This document shows positions 27,819-36,140 of a stretch of DNA of 64,000 bases, in pieces. Every line of letters starts with the position of its first letter. Within the stretch, counting starts at the first letter, position 1. Position numbers and translations under genes: made by a program. This stretch comes from a virus. Its lineage: Duplodnaviria; Heunggongvirae; Uroviricota; Caudoviricetes; Straboviridae. The notes under the pieces are model-generated. The model did no database searches, was not told the DNA's origin, and saw only the letters and a program-made list of their open reading frames with translations. The DNA lies in IMG/VR virus record IMGVR_UViG_2974656882_000001, positions 1 through 64,000 of that record; one strand, written 5' to 3'.

Positions 27819-27953
27819 ATGACATATTTTGAAGTACGCAGAGCTCTAAACATAGAGCTTTCAAATCATTTTTCTGCTGAAGAATTAGCCGATGATAAAA
27901 TGAAACAAATCATCGAATTATTGGCAGTAGCCTTAGCGTACTCACTAAAGTAG
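27819..27953 (+). CDS. small protein (44 aa)
   Basis: SD GAGGTAA. Confidence 0.3.
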   Translation: MTYFEVRRALNIELSNHFSAEELADDKMKQIIELLAVALAYSLK

Positions 27954-27961
27954 AGGTAATT

Positions 27962-28459
27962 ATGAAATACGCTGGCATTGGATCTCGTAGAACGCCTATG
28001 GATGTTCTAGCCAAACTCAGAGAAGTTGCAAAACATTTAGAACTTGCAGGTCACGTTTGTCACACAGGCGGAGCTTTAGGCGCAGACAAAGCATTTATTG
28101 ATGGAGCTCCTGAAACAACTGTGCTTTGGTTGCCTTGGCAAGGCTACAATGGATATTATTCTAATACACCAGAATTACGTCAGAGACATATTGATTTTGC
28201 AGCCAAATATCATCCAAACTGGAAAGCTTGTAAATTCTCTGCTCGCAAAATGCATGGCAGAAATGCTCAAATTACACTCGGTGATAATCTTGATGAGCCA
28301 GCCGATTTTATTGTTTGTTGGACACCAGATGCAAAAATTGAAGGTGGTACTGGTATGGCTTTAAGAATTGCAATCGATTATGATATTCCAGTTTTCAATC
28401 TAGGTGCTAAACGTGGTGCAGATAAAGTAATTGAAGAGCTCTATAATTATATCTCATAA
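27962..28459 (+). CDS. DprA/Smf-like Rossmann-fold (SLOG-type) domain protein (165 aa)
   Basis: GIGSRRTP...VCHTGGALGADKAFIDGA matches the DprA pattern GSR...SGGAxGxDxxAHxGAL. Confidence 0.5.
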   Translation: MKYAGIGSRRTPMDVLAKLREVAKHLELAGHVCHTGGALGADKAFIDGAPETTVLWLPWQGYNGYYSNTPELRQRHIDFAAKYHPNWKACKFSARKMHGRNAQITLGDNLDEPADFIVCWTPDAKIEGGTGMALRIAIDYDIPVFNLGAKRGADKVIEELYNYIS

Positions 28460-28520
28460 AGGGTTTACTTTATACTAGAGATGTGGTATAATTGCTCTAT
28501 CATCTACCATGGAGTTTCTA

Positions 28521-28682
28521 ATGGTAAGACAATTTATTTCGTTTGTCATGACAGTAATGATTGTTATGATTCTGTTCATAACACCGGATCTTAAGTGCAC
28601 ATTAGCTGCAGCCGCAATATGCTTATCCGTATTTGTGGCTGTAAATATAATTTTAGATAAATCGGATTCAGTAAAATGGTAA
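28521..28682 (+). CDS. small membrane protein (53 aa)
   Basis: SD GGAG; 2 TM. Confidence 0.3.
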   Translation: MVRQFISFVMTVMIVMILFITPDLKCTLAAAAICLSVFVAVNIILDKSDSVKW

Positions 28683-28948
28683 TGTATGCTCTATCTGTGA
28701 CTATTGCATTTATGATATTTTCTGTAGCAGGAAATGTAATTGTGCACATTAAATATCAAAATGGGTTTGATCATTTTGATAGCTTTGACAAAAAGGTTTA
28801 TTGGGCTGTGCTTTTAATTGCATCATTCGCATGGATGGTTGCAGGCCCTATTGCAATAGTTGCTCTTGTAATTTATTTACTAAATAAGTTTACAACTCGA
28901 ATTTCCCATGGTATAATTAACCTTATCAACAAACGTAAACATAAGTGA
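28676..28948 (+). CDS. membrane protein (90 aa, 2-3 TM)
   Basis: overlapping start. Confidence 0.4.
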   Translation: MVMYALSVTIAFMIFSVAGNVIVHIKYQNGFDHFDSFDKKVYWAVLLIASFAWMVAGPIAIVALVIYLLNKFTTRISHGIINLINKRKHK

Positions 28949-29772
28949 GACAAAACATGAAATCTTTAAAAACTGCATTAGTAATCGCTTTAGCTGCCTC
29001 AACTATGATTGGTTGTTCAAAAGTAATGGATAGCGAAGTGGCTATTTCTGAAAATCGTTTCACTGGTGGAATCAGTGATAAGGTATTAACTCAAGGTCTT
29101 CATCAATTTGCAACACAGAAAATTATTCCCGTGTCAAAGCGAAATCTTGTTTTGCCAACAATCGTTGCAACTCCTATTGTTCAAGAAAAAATTGCAATGA
29201 AAAGCTTTCAAATGAAAGTAAACTATGGCATTGTACCTGAAAATGCTGCAATTGCATACAAAACTGAAAAAGCACAAAACATGACCACCAAAGATGGCGA
29301 CGTATATCTTCTTGGGTACTATGTTGAATATCTTGCAAAAGCAGCAATTAATGATGTTGTTTCACAATACCGAGCGTTAGAAGTCAATGACAATCGTTCT
29401 AAAATTGAAACTGAAATTCGCGATGCAATCAACAAAAAGCTTGATGCTTCAGGTAAATCGAAGTTTGTTCGAGTAAATGAAATTTCAGTAATTGATATTC
29501 AGCCGCCATCTCAAATTACTGAATCTTCTGCTGCAATCTTGAAATCTGAACAAGATCTCAAAACACGCAAAAACGAACTTGAAGTAGCGAAAGTTGAACA
29601 AGAAAAAATGAAAGTATTAGCTCAGCAAGCTGACGCTCAATATGTAAACTTGCTAAATGCACAAGCTCGAGTTACAGAAGCAGAAGCGTTGAAAATCGCT
29701 GCCTCTAAAGGTAATGTGTCTACAATCATCGTACCGCACAATTTTCAAAGTTTAGGTAATGTTTCTAAATAA
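28945..29772 (+). CDS. lipoprotein with SPFH/band-7 (prohibitin/HflC-like) domain and C-terminal coiled coil
   Basis: lipobox LAASTMIG-C; ...VRVNEISVIDIQPPSQI...EQDLKTRKNELEVAKVEQEKMKVLAQQADAQ typical of the SPFH C-terminal region. Confidence 0.5.
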   Translation: MRQNMKSLKTALVIALAASTMIGCSKVMDSEVAISENRFTGGISDKVLTQGLHQFATQKIIPVSKRNLVLPTIVATPIVQEKIAMKSFQMKVNYGIVPENAAIAYKTEKAQNMTTKDGDVYLLGYYVEYLAKAAINDVVSQYRALEVNDNRSKIETEIRDAINKKLDASGKSKFVRVNEISVIDIQPPSQITESSAAILKSEQDLKTRKNELEVAKVEQEKMKVLAQQADAQYVNLLNAQARVTEAEALKIAASKGNVSTIIVPHNFQSLGNVSK

Positions 29773-29784
29773 AACTATTTACAT

Positions 29785-29815
29785 GATAGAACTGTTATGA
29801 TATAATGGTTCTATC
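29785..29815 (+). promoter_or_regulatory. PeSL hairpin promoter ATTTAC-N18-TATAAT with gatagaac / gttctatc arms flanking the -10
   Basis: read directly. Confidence 0.6.
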
Positions 29816-29841
29816 AAATCAAACAACATAAGGATTTCACC

Positions 29842-30066
29842 ATGGATTTAGCTAATGTTATCGCAACTCGTCCTGAAGGTACTGTTGTAATCGCCGTTGT
29901 AGAATCTGAAGAAATGTATTCATACTTTGATGATGCAGGTAATATCTGGACACAAGACGATGAACAATGGGAATCTAACCATGGCTGGAGCCCTGAAGAT
30001 TCGATCGAATCACTGTCTGAAAATGATTTAGAAGTTAAAGTAATTTTTGATATTCGCGGAGAATAA
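29842..30066 (+). CDS. acidic hypothetical protein (74 aa)
   Basis: SD AAGGA. Confidence 0.4.
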   Translation: MDLANVIATRPEGTVVIAVVESEEMYSYFDDAGNIWTQDDEQWESNHGWSPEDSIESLSENDLEVKVIFDIRGE

Positions 30067-30067
30067 C

Positions 30068-30535
30068 ATGTCTTACAAAACATTCTCTCGCATAGTTTTA
30101 ATAAGCGCAATAGTTATATTTTTAGGCATAGCTGAATATAATTTCTGGCAAAATGGAGGCTATGCAAAATATGAAACACGGGTAACCGCTTCAGGAATAG
30201 TATCAGGCAAATATGAAACAGATTACGCCTGTGGATCAAAAGGACGATATACATGTTATGCTCGGTACTTAACAATCGATGGCGTAAATCAAGAAGTTGA
30301 TCTTGGTACATTTACTTCAGCATATAACGGCCAACATATAACGTTGACGAGAGAAGTGAGAGTAAACGATTCTGGGTGGAATGTATTGTGTATTGGCATA
30401 CACACTATTATGTGGGTATTAGCTGCATGTATACTCATACTAGTATTTGGGCAATTCATTTATTGGTCGGTAGAGTTATCAGATAAAATTTCATTAAAAA
30501 CTTTTTATCGAAACATTTGGATAGGTGGAAAATAA
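30068..30535 (+). CDS. N-terminally membrane-anchored protein (155 aa), second TM near the C-terminus
   Basis: start at MSYKTFSRIVLISAIVIFLGIA. Confidence 0.4.
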   Translation: MSYKTFSRIVLISAIVIFLGIAEYNFWQNGGYAKYETRVTASGIVSGKYETDYACGSKGRYTCYARYLTIDGVNQEVDLGTFTSAYNGQHITLTREVRVNDSGWNVLCIGIHTIMWVLAACILILVFGQFIYWSVELSDKISLKTFYRNIWIGGK

Positions 30536-30536
30536 T

Positions 30537-30878
30537 ATGAAGAAGAAATGTATTCTTTTAATTGATTCACTAAAAAACATACAAAACAACGTTAAAAGTG
30601 AACTTAAATTGCTCGATAGCAAAATTGCTAAAATTCATCGTACTATGTATAATGAACGTAAATGGAGAATTCGTAATAATAGACCGCTAGGTGCCAAAGA
30701 TAAAGCTCGTGAAAATGAGGTACAACAAGCTAAAGAATCGCTTGAACTTCTAGCAAGTACATTTAGACACCATATAAGAAGTTACGGTGATGCTATTTGT
30801 CGAATTCGTGAAGTTAAACGAGGTAACTCAAAGAAAAATGTTGATGACATTATCTTAAATCTGTTTACTTCGTTATAA
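30537..30878 (+). CDS. basic coiled-coil protein (113 aa)
   Basis: ATG right after upstream stop. Confidence 0.4.
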   Translation: MKKKCILLIDSLKNIQNNVKSELKLLDSKIAKIHRTMYNERKWRIRNNRPLGAKDKARENEVQQAKESLELLASTFRHHIRSYGDAICRIREVKRGNSKKNVDDIILNLFTSL

Positions 30879-30925
30879 AAGTATGGTATAATGGTCTTAT
30901 CAAATCTAATAATTGATTTGAAATT
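30864..30925 (+). promoter_or_regulatory. early promoter GTTTAC-N17-TATAAT (30864-30892) plus conserved structured leader atcaaatc-taataatt-gatttgaa (7-bp stem) just upstream of the SD
   Basis: same cassette, nearly identical, at ~31321-31380, ~32570-32628 and ~27334-27384. Confidence 0.65.
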
Positions 30926-30941
30926 AAATGAGTAAATTACT

Positions 30942-31286
30942 ATGAACATCTTAGATTTAATCGAATTCTTTCCTAAAGCTTCAACTATCCATACAGCATT
31001 TTGCAATGAGTTTGATATTGCTCCTCATGCTTTAGAAACTTTTAGCACTTACTATATTGAAAGCTTATCATTTAAAGATGGCTGCCCGATAATTCGTGCA
31101 TATACGATTTATTCTACCTGGTGCAATAGTGAAATGCGCACAGTTTATCATATCTTTGGATGGACGGTTTCGAAAAATCGTATAGAAATTGACGATGAGC
31201 CTTTAAATGCAAATCGTTTTACAGGATTTGACTTTGCTCTTTCATATTTGATGAATCGAGTTCAAGTTTCAGAATTAAAAAATTAA
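30942..31286 (+). CDS. hypothetical acidic protein (114 aa), member of a tandem paralog set
   Basis: shares ...I(E/T)IDDEP(L/F)... C-terminal block with 31381-31734. Confidence 0.45.
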   Translation: MNILDLIEFFPKASTIHTAFCNEFDIAPHALETFSTYYIESLSFKDGCPIIRAYTIYSTWCNSEMRTVYHIFGWTVSKNRIEIDDEPLNANRFTGFDFALSYLMNRVQVSELKN

Positions 31287-31296
31287 AATAAATTGC

Positions 31297-31327
31297 ACAA
31301 AAGGAGTATACATCATACTCCTTTTGT
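31297..31327 (+). terminator. hairpin acaaaaggagtat-acatc-atactccttttgt fused to GGTATAAT promoter
   Basis: read directly. Confidence 0.65.
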
Positions 31328-31380
31328 GGTATAATGGTCTTATCAAATCTAATAATTGATTTGAAATTGAGGAAATTATT

Positions 31381-31734
31381 ATGCTAAACATCCAATTACC
31401 TTCAGTTGAACAAATCGTAGATCAATTTCACATCGATTTCAATATCACCGATGGCAACTTCAATTACAAATCATCCTTTGTAACATCTGCAACTCCTAAC
31501 CGATTAACTGCTAATGGCTTTAATGATGGCTGGGAATTACGTATGCTAACTGTTTATTCAGTTTTTGATGCGGATATTGATGCAATTCAATATGTAATTT
31601 GGGGCTCTTCTGTTGACACAAGTACAATGGATATTACAATTGATGATGAACCATTTTTCGATCAATCATTCGATTCATTAGAGCAAGCATTACGTGCATT
31701 AAATTATGAAGTAAATGCATATAAAATTCACTAA
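31381..31734 (+). CDS. hypothetical acidic protein (117 aa), paralog
   Basis: MDITIDDEPFFDQSF versus RIEIDDEPLNANRF. Confidence 0.45.
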   Translation: MLNIQLPSVEQIVDQFHIDFNITDGNFNYKSSFVTSATPNRLTANGFNDGWELRMLTVYSVFDADIDAIQYVIWGSSVDTSTMDITIDDEPFFDQSFDSLEQALRALNYEVNAYKIH

Positions 31735-31802
31735 TTAGTTTACATGATAGAGCTGTTATGATATAATAGTTCTATCAAATCAATCACAATGAGTAAATTG
31801 TT

Positions 31803-32126
31803 ATGAACATCATATTTCCTTCACATATCGCAGTAGAAAACGCAATTGGCGCAGAGTTTTACGTAATTAGCTGCCCTAAGCTAAATCGTTTGTATTACAA
31901 AGGTGCCTTTGTTAATTCTGATTCAAATTGGGAAGTCCAAGGTTTCGCCTTATACAATTACTACGATGAAGACCTAGGTGAAACAATCTATATGTGCGTA
32001 GAATTCTCTTATGACACCGAAAATGAAGTTTTTGAATTTAAAGAATTCATTGAGCCAGGTGGTCATGATGATATTGATGAAGCCGAAGAATATTTACAAT
32101 CACTATATAATGTGAAATTAGTGTAA
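31803..32126 (+). CDS. hypothetical acidic protein (107 aa)
   Basis: own PeSL promoter and leader. Confidence 0.45.
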   Translation: MNIIFPSHIAVENAIGAEFYVISCPKLNRLYYKGAFVNSDSNWEVQGFALYNYYDEDLGETIYMCVEFSYDTENEVFEFKEFIEPGGHDDIDEAEEYLQSLYNVKLV

Positions 32127-32200
32127 AAGGCAATTTACATTGCGATAAGACTATGGTATAATAGTCTTATCAAATCAAACAACACATTGAGTAAATTAAT

Positions 32201-32536
32201 ATGCGTTCATTAAACAATTTCAAAAACACTGTTCCAAATTTTGTTAAGAATCACCTTGGCGCCATTGAATTGGTTCAAATTATGGAATTTCCGGACCATT
32301 TCCTTATTATGACGTTTGACGCTTTAGAAGAAGAGTACACTGTAACTTCAGTAAACAAACGTGAAAATGATGACCAATATGAATCTGAATTGTTCAATGG
32401 GTATTCTGAAAAAATAACTCTTGGCGAATACGAAGAAGAAGTCGAAGATGAAACGATTGATCTTGAAGTTATTACATCGTTTGAAGATTATGCAATATAT
32501 CGTTTTGCATTAGAACTCGGTATCGAAGGAATTTAA
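32201..32536 (+). CDS. hypothetical acidic protein (111 aa)
   Basis: own PeSL promoter and leader. Confidence 0.45.
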   Translation: MRSLNNFKNTVPNFVKNHLGAIELVQIMEFPDHFLIMTFDALEEEYTVTSVNKRENDDQYESELFNGYSEKITLGEYEEEVEDETIDLEVITSFEDYAIYRFALELGIEGI

Positions 32537-32628
32537 TTAAACTAATAAACTGTTTACATCTTGATAGGACTATAGTATAATAGTTCTATCAAATCTAATA
32601 ACAGATTTGAAATTTGAGGAAATTAAAA

Positions 32629-32835
32629 ATGAAAGCATCAATTACTAAAATCCCTGAAGGCACTACTGTTGTTTCACAACTTAACGGCGAATTTTACTTC
32701 TATAAACCTATTGAAGGTGAAATCGTTACACCTGAAGGACATCAAGCACCATGTTCAATGGTATGGTGCACTGATGAAAATGGAGGATGCTGGGAATACT
32801 CTTACCTTGACATTTCAAAAATCGAAATAAAATAA
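32629..32835 (+). CDS. hypothetical protein (68 aa)
   Basis: SD GAGGAAA. Confidence 0.35.
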   Translation: MKASITKIPEGTTVVSQLNGEFYFYKPIEGEIVTPEGHQAPCSMVWCTDENGGCWEYSYLDISKIEIK

Positions 32836-32836
32836 A

Positions 32837-32861
32837 ACAAAGGAGCTTTAAGCTCCTTTTG
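32837..32861 (+). terminator. terminator hairpin caaaggagcttt-aagctcctttt
   Basis: followed by a second AT-rich hairpin and GTGGTATAAT. Confidence 0.65.
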
Positions 32862-32951
32862 TGGCAAAAATAAAAAGAAAATTATTTACTTCTGCTTTTT
32901 ATTGTGGTATAATAGTTCTATCAACACGTTAAACTAATTGAGTAAAACATT

Positions 32952-33425
32952 ATGAATATTTTTCATTTTGACACAAATCCAGCTAAATCTGCACAATATC
33001 ATTGTGACAAACATGTTGTTAAAATGTGTGTCGAATATTGTCAAATTCTTTCTACTGTTTCTCGTTTAAACGGCTGTGATCAGGAAATTCTTTATAAAGC
33101 AACTCATAAAAATCACCCATGTGTTGTATGGACTATGCAATCTCGCCAAAACTACGAGTTCCTCCTTGATCTAGTTATCGAGTTATTTGGTGAATATACA
33201 TACCGCTATGGCAAAGTTCATGCTAGTTCACGAGTTATCCCTGCATTAATTGACAATATTTCAAAAATTCCATTAGGTGCAAATAAACTTACACCATTCG
33301 TCGCAGTAATGCCAGGTCGTATTCTTCATACTAATGTAATTAACGAGTACCGATCACTTTATAAAAATGAAAAAGCACACATGGCAAAATGGACCGGTCG
33401 TGGTATTCCATTCTTTATGAAATAA
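32952..33425 (+). CDS. hypothetical protein (157 aa)
   Basis: conserved leader ttgagtaaaacattATG. Confidence 0.45.
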   Translation: MNIFHFDTNPAKSAQYHCDKHVVKMCVEYCQILSTVSRLNGCDQEILYKATHKNHPCVVWTMQSRQNYEFLLDLVIELFGEYTYRYGKVHASSRVIPALIDNISKIPLGANKLTPFVAVMPGRILHTNVINEYRSLYKNEKAHMAKWTGRGIPFFMK

Positions 33426-33491
33426 AAACTATTTACATAGGTGCCATTATGTAGTATAATGGCACTAACAGAAATTAATGAGTAAAATATC

Positions 33492-33821
33492 ATGCCATTA
33501 CCAAATTTTATAGCACTTCGTAAATTCCTTGGTACTAATTATGATGAGCTGCACGCAACTCTCCTTGTAAAAGGCTTCATCAGAGACATTGATCAATCAT
33601 CAGGTGTTCTAGATCAAATTCTATTTAGAGGTAAATTTACTTGTTCTGAGGTGTTATCTTCACATAGGTTTCCGGTAAAAGTCCAATATCTTGCAATTGC
33701 TGCAGCTGTTGAAGAAATGGAAGCCAAAGGCATACAGTTACCAAAACATGGCATTGCATCTAAATGTACTACATGTTCAAAATGTAAATCCGAACGTGCT
33801 CTATTGGAGACGTATCAATGA
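33492..33821 (+). CDS. hypothetical Cys-containing protein (109 aa)
   Basis: C-terminal CTTCSKCKSE. Confidence 0.45.
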   Translation: MPLPNFIALRKFLGTNYDELHATLLVKGFIRDIDQSSGVLDQILFRGKFTCSEVLSSHRFPVKVQYLAIAAAVEEMEAKGIQLPKHGIASKCTTCSKCKSERALLETYQ

Positions 33822-34105
33822 AAGTTTATTTAGTCGTCGCACGCATTGATGATTATTATACAAGCATAACGCCAATGGGCATCCATAACACATATGATGA
33901 AGCTTTAGATAGTGCATATAACGCATTCAAAAATGTTCAATTTGCCGAAAACAATCGATATACAGGTTGGATTTTTGATTCTAATTTGATTTCAAAGGAC
34001 CAACAGCCTAAAGTAGTTCAATTACACGGCAAAAGGCATAATCAATGCGCATCGTATGAAGTTGACATTGCAATTATCGAATATGAATTAGGAGAAGCTC
34101 AATGA
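33818..34105 (+). CDS. hypothetical protein (95 aa)
   Basis: ATGA-coupled. Confidence 0.4.
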   Translation: MKVYLVVARIDDYYTSITPMGIHNTYDEALDSAYNAFKNVQFAENNRYTGWIFDSNLISKDQQPKVVQLHGKRHNQCASYEVDIAIIEYELGEAQ

Positions 34106-34308
34106 AATGGCACCCTTCGATTCCTCACACAATACGATGCGCATTTTTAGCAGCTATAGTTGCATTACTTTTGACGGCGATAATTGTGGTGCCACTGAAA
34201 GTTGTGGTACCACTCTTGCCTGAATCAGTACCCTTATCATTGTATTCGATAATTGTAGTGGTTGTATTGGCTTGTTTACTTTGTATTGACGAAAACTCGG
34301 AGTTATAA
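34102..34308 (+). CDS. small membrane protein (68 aa, 2 TM)
   Basis: ATGA-coupled; hydrophobic. Confidence 0.35.
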   Translation: MKWHPSIPHTIRCAFLAAIVALLLTAIIVVPLKVVVPLLPESVPLSLYSIIVVVVLACLLCIDENSEL

Positions 34309-34502
34309 TGTTTGTACTTACTCACAATGGCATTCAATATCAATACCATACACATGTTAGGCTTATTGCAAAATTAGGTGGTCTTAAAGCAATTGAAGCC
34401 AAATTACAGACACCTCTTATGTGTGGTGAACAGTATTATCTTAAGCATATTGTGTATATTGCTAATCAATTTAAGGATAAACTAAATGCAAACTTTAGCT
34501 GA
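34308..34502 (+). CDS. hypothetical protein (64 aa)
   Basis: overlapping chain. Confidence 0.3.
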   Translation: MFVLTHNGIQYQYHTHVRLIAKLGGLKAIEAKLQTPLMCGEQYYLKHIVYIANQFKDKLNANFS

Positions 34503-34929
34503 AATTAAGCAAGAGCTTGAACAAGAAAAGGCTGAACAATTTGGCAATCTTGAACAACGTGCAATTGAAAGCGATCCTCTCTGGCTTCTAGATGAAAATG
34601 GGGAGCCTATTCCAGAACGTGTAGAATCTACAGCTAAAATGATAATTCGAAGACAGATATGCCAAGTTTTGCGTAAACAAAAAAGTACAGCTGAAGAGCT
34701 CAAGTTTTATCGTGAATTCTTTAAGCAAACGATTTACGGTGTACCTGTTGAATTGCCTATCAACAATCAGTATTTGATTAATTTACAAAAATCTGATGCT
34801 TTGCGAATCTTGCTTAAAGAAGGATTTGTTAAAATGAAACGTAGACGCGGACGAACTATTTCACGAAGTCGTTTCAATTTTGGTTGGAAGCCTTGCGGTA
34901 CATATCAAACATACTTAGTCATCAGGTAA
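34486..34929 (+). CDS. hypothetical basic protein (147 aa)
   Basis: overlapping chain. Confidence 0.4.
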   Translation: MQTLAEIKQELEQEKAEQFGNLEQRAIESDPLWLLDENGEPIPERVESTAKMIIRRQICQVLRKQKSTAEELKFYREFFKQTIYGVPVELPINNQYLINLQKSDALRILLKEGFVKMKRRRGRTISRSRFNFGWKPCGTYQTYLVIR

Positions 34930-34935
34930 ACCAAA

Positions 34936-35154
34936 ATGAAAGCATTTAAACCTGAACGAATTATACTTGCAACCATTGCAGCGTTAATTTCATTATTTGG
35001 AGCATTTGGTGTTTTATCAATTGCTCATAAAATTTACACCACATTAGGCGCTCAATTTCCTGCAGATACTGCATTTGCAATTTACTGCATAAGCGCCTTT
35101 GTACTTAGTTGGATTGTTACACGTATTTTTGAAGATTATAAAGGTGATGATTGA
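34936..35154 (+). CDS. small membrane protein (72 aa, 2 TM)
   Basis: hydrophobic. Confidence 0.4.
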   Translation: MKAFKPERIILATIAALISLFGAFGVLSIAHKIYTTLGAQFPADTAFAIYCISAFVLSWIVTRIFEDYKGDD

Positions 35155-35251
35155 CATGCGTTTTTAAAGCTTTTTTTAATTTTATTTATATTCTTTGATG
35201 TAAAGCACAGATTAGTAATTGATCTATTAATAAATATTTACGGAGACGATT

Positions 35252-35443
35252 ATGTCACTAACATTAACTCAAGAGCAAGTAGATTTCTTAGCAATTAGTA
35301 TTGGAAATGCAAGAAGTTTGATGGATGCAGTACATGCGTATGACTCAGAAGAGTACCATGCACTAGGTGTTGCAAACAATATTCTTGATGGCTTTTCAGT
35401 TCAAGAGGCTAAAGAAGTCTATAAGGAACAATACAATGACTAA
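35252..35443 (+). CDS. hypothetical protein (63 aa)
   Basis: SD GGAGA. Confidence 0.35.
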   Translation: MSLTLTQEQVDFLAISIGNARSLMDAVHAYDSEEYHALGVANNILDGFSVQEAKEVYKEQYND

Positions 35444-35621
35444 ACAAAAAGGTGAAGTTACCGATAACTTCAAGAAAAATCCTAAAGCAACATTAAGTTT
35501 TGCTGCGATTGCTTTAGCAGGCGTAGCTGCAGTAGTTGGCGTTTTGACTGGATCCGTTGAACCAGAACAAGCGATGACATTAGTAACTAAATTACTTAAT
35601 GCGTTGATGCTAGGTGTTTAA
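35436..35621 (+). CDS. small membrane protein (61 aa)
   Basis: SD AAGGAA before the internal ATG. Confidence 0.3.
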   Translation: MTKQKGEVTDNFKKNPKATLSFAAIALAGVAAVVGVLTGSVEPEQAMTLVTKLLNALMLGV

Positions 35622-35640
35622 CACATAACCCGAGGTAATC

Positions 35641-36084
35641 ATGATTAAACAATATGTAAATTACGATTTGCTTGATGCTTTTGAGCATAATGACTTTGAT
35701 GCAATAGTACATGGCTGCAACTGTTTTCATACGATGGGTGCAGGTATTGCTGGTGCTATTGCAAAAAGATTTCCTGTAGCTGTTGAAGCAGACAAGAAAA
35801 CTGAGTATGGCGATTGGAGCAAGCTCGGCGATGTGAGCATCGCCACAACTGTTAATGGTGACATCATTAATGCATATACTCAATATCGTCCTGGTAAATG
35901 CCCAACACATCAGCTATATGAAAATATACGTGCAGCATTCACGTTAATTAATAGCAAATATGCTGGCAAATCTTTAGGAATTCCTAAAATCGGAGCAGGT
36001 ATTGCAGGTGGAAATTGGCAAGAAATTGCTGAGATCATCAATGACGTGACGCCAGATGTCAAAATTTATGTATTATACATATAA
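35641..36084 (+). CDS. macro-domain protein (ADP-ribose binding / hydrolase fold), 147 aa
   Basis: AIVHGCNCFHTMGAGIAGAI and IGAGIAGG are the two glycine-rich macro-domain motifs (compare IVNAAN...GGGVxxAI and GxGxxG). Confidence 0.7.
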   Translation: MIKQYVNYDLLDAFEHNDFDAIVHGCNCFHTMGAGIAGAIAKRFPVAVEADKKTEYGDWSKLGDVSIATTVNGDIINAYTQYRPGKCPTHQLYENIRAAFTLINSKYAGKSLGIPKIGAGIAGGNWQEIAEIINDVTPDVKIYVLYI

Positions 36085-36086
36085 CA

Positions 36087-36114
36087 AAAGGAGCCAAATG
36101 GCTCCTTTATTTTT
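36087..36114 (+). terminator. rho-independent terminator aaaggagcc-aaat-ggctccttta-ttttt (bidirectional-capable)
   Basis: near-identical terminators at 42541-42566 and 55817-55844. Confidence 0.8.
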
Positions 36115-36140
36115 CTCTCAAGATACATCAAACAAATCTA

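Noticed and set aside
27300-33500. Regularly recurring ~30-nt near-identical motif (TATAAT-rGTyCTATCAAATC...) that could look like a CRISPR array
   Set aside because: The copies are separated by variable 250-500 bp protein-coding ORFs, each has a promoter -10 and is followed by an SD and ATG, and there is no fixed repeat-spacer periodicity or cas gene. They are promoter/leader cassettes.
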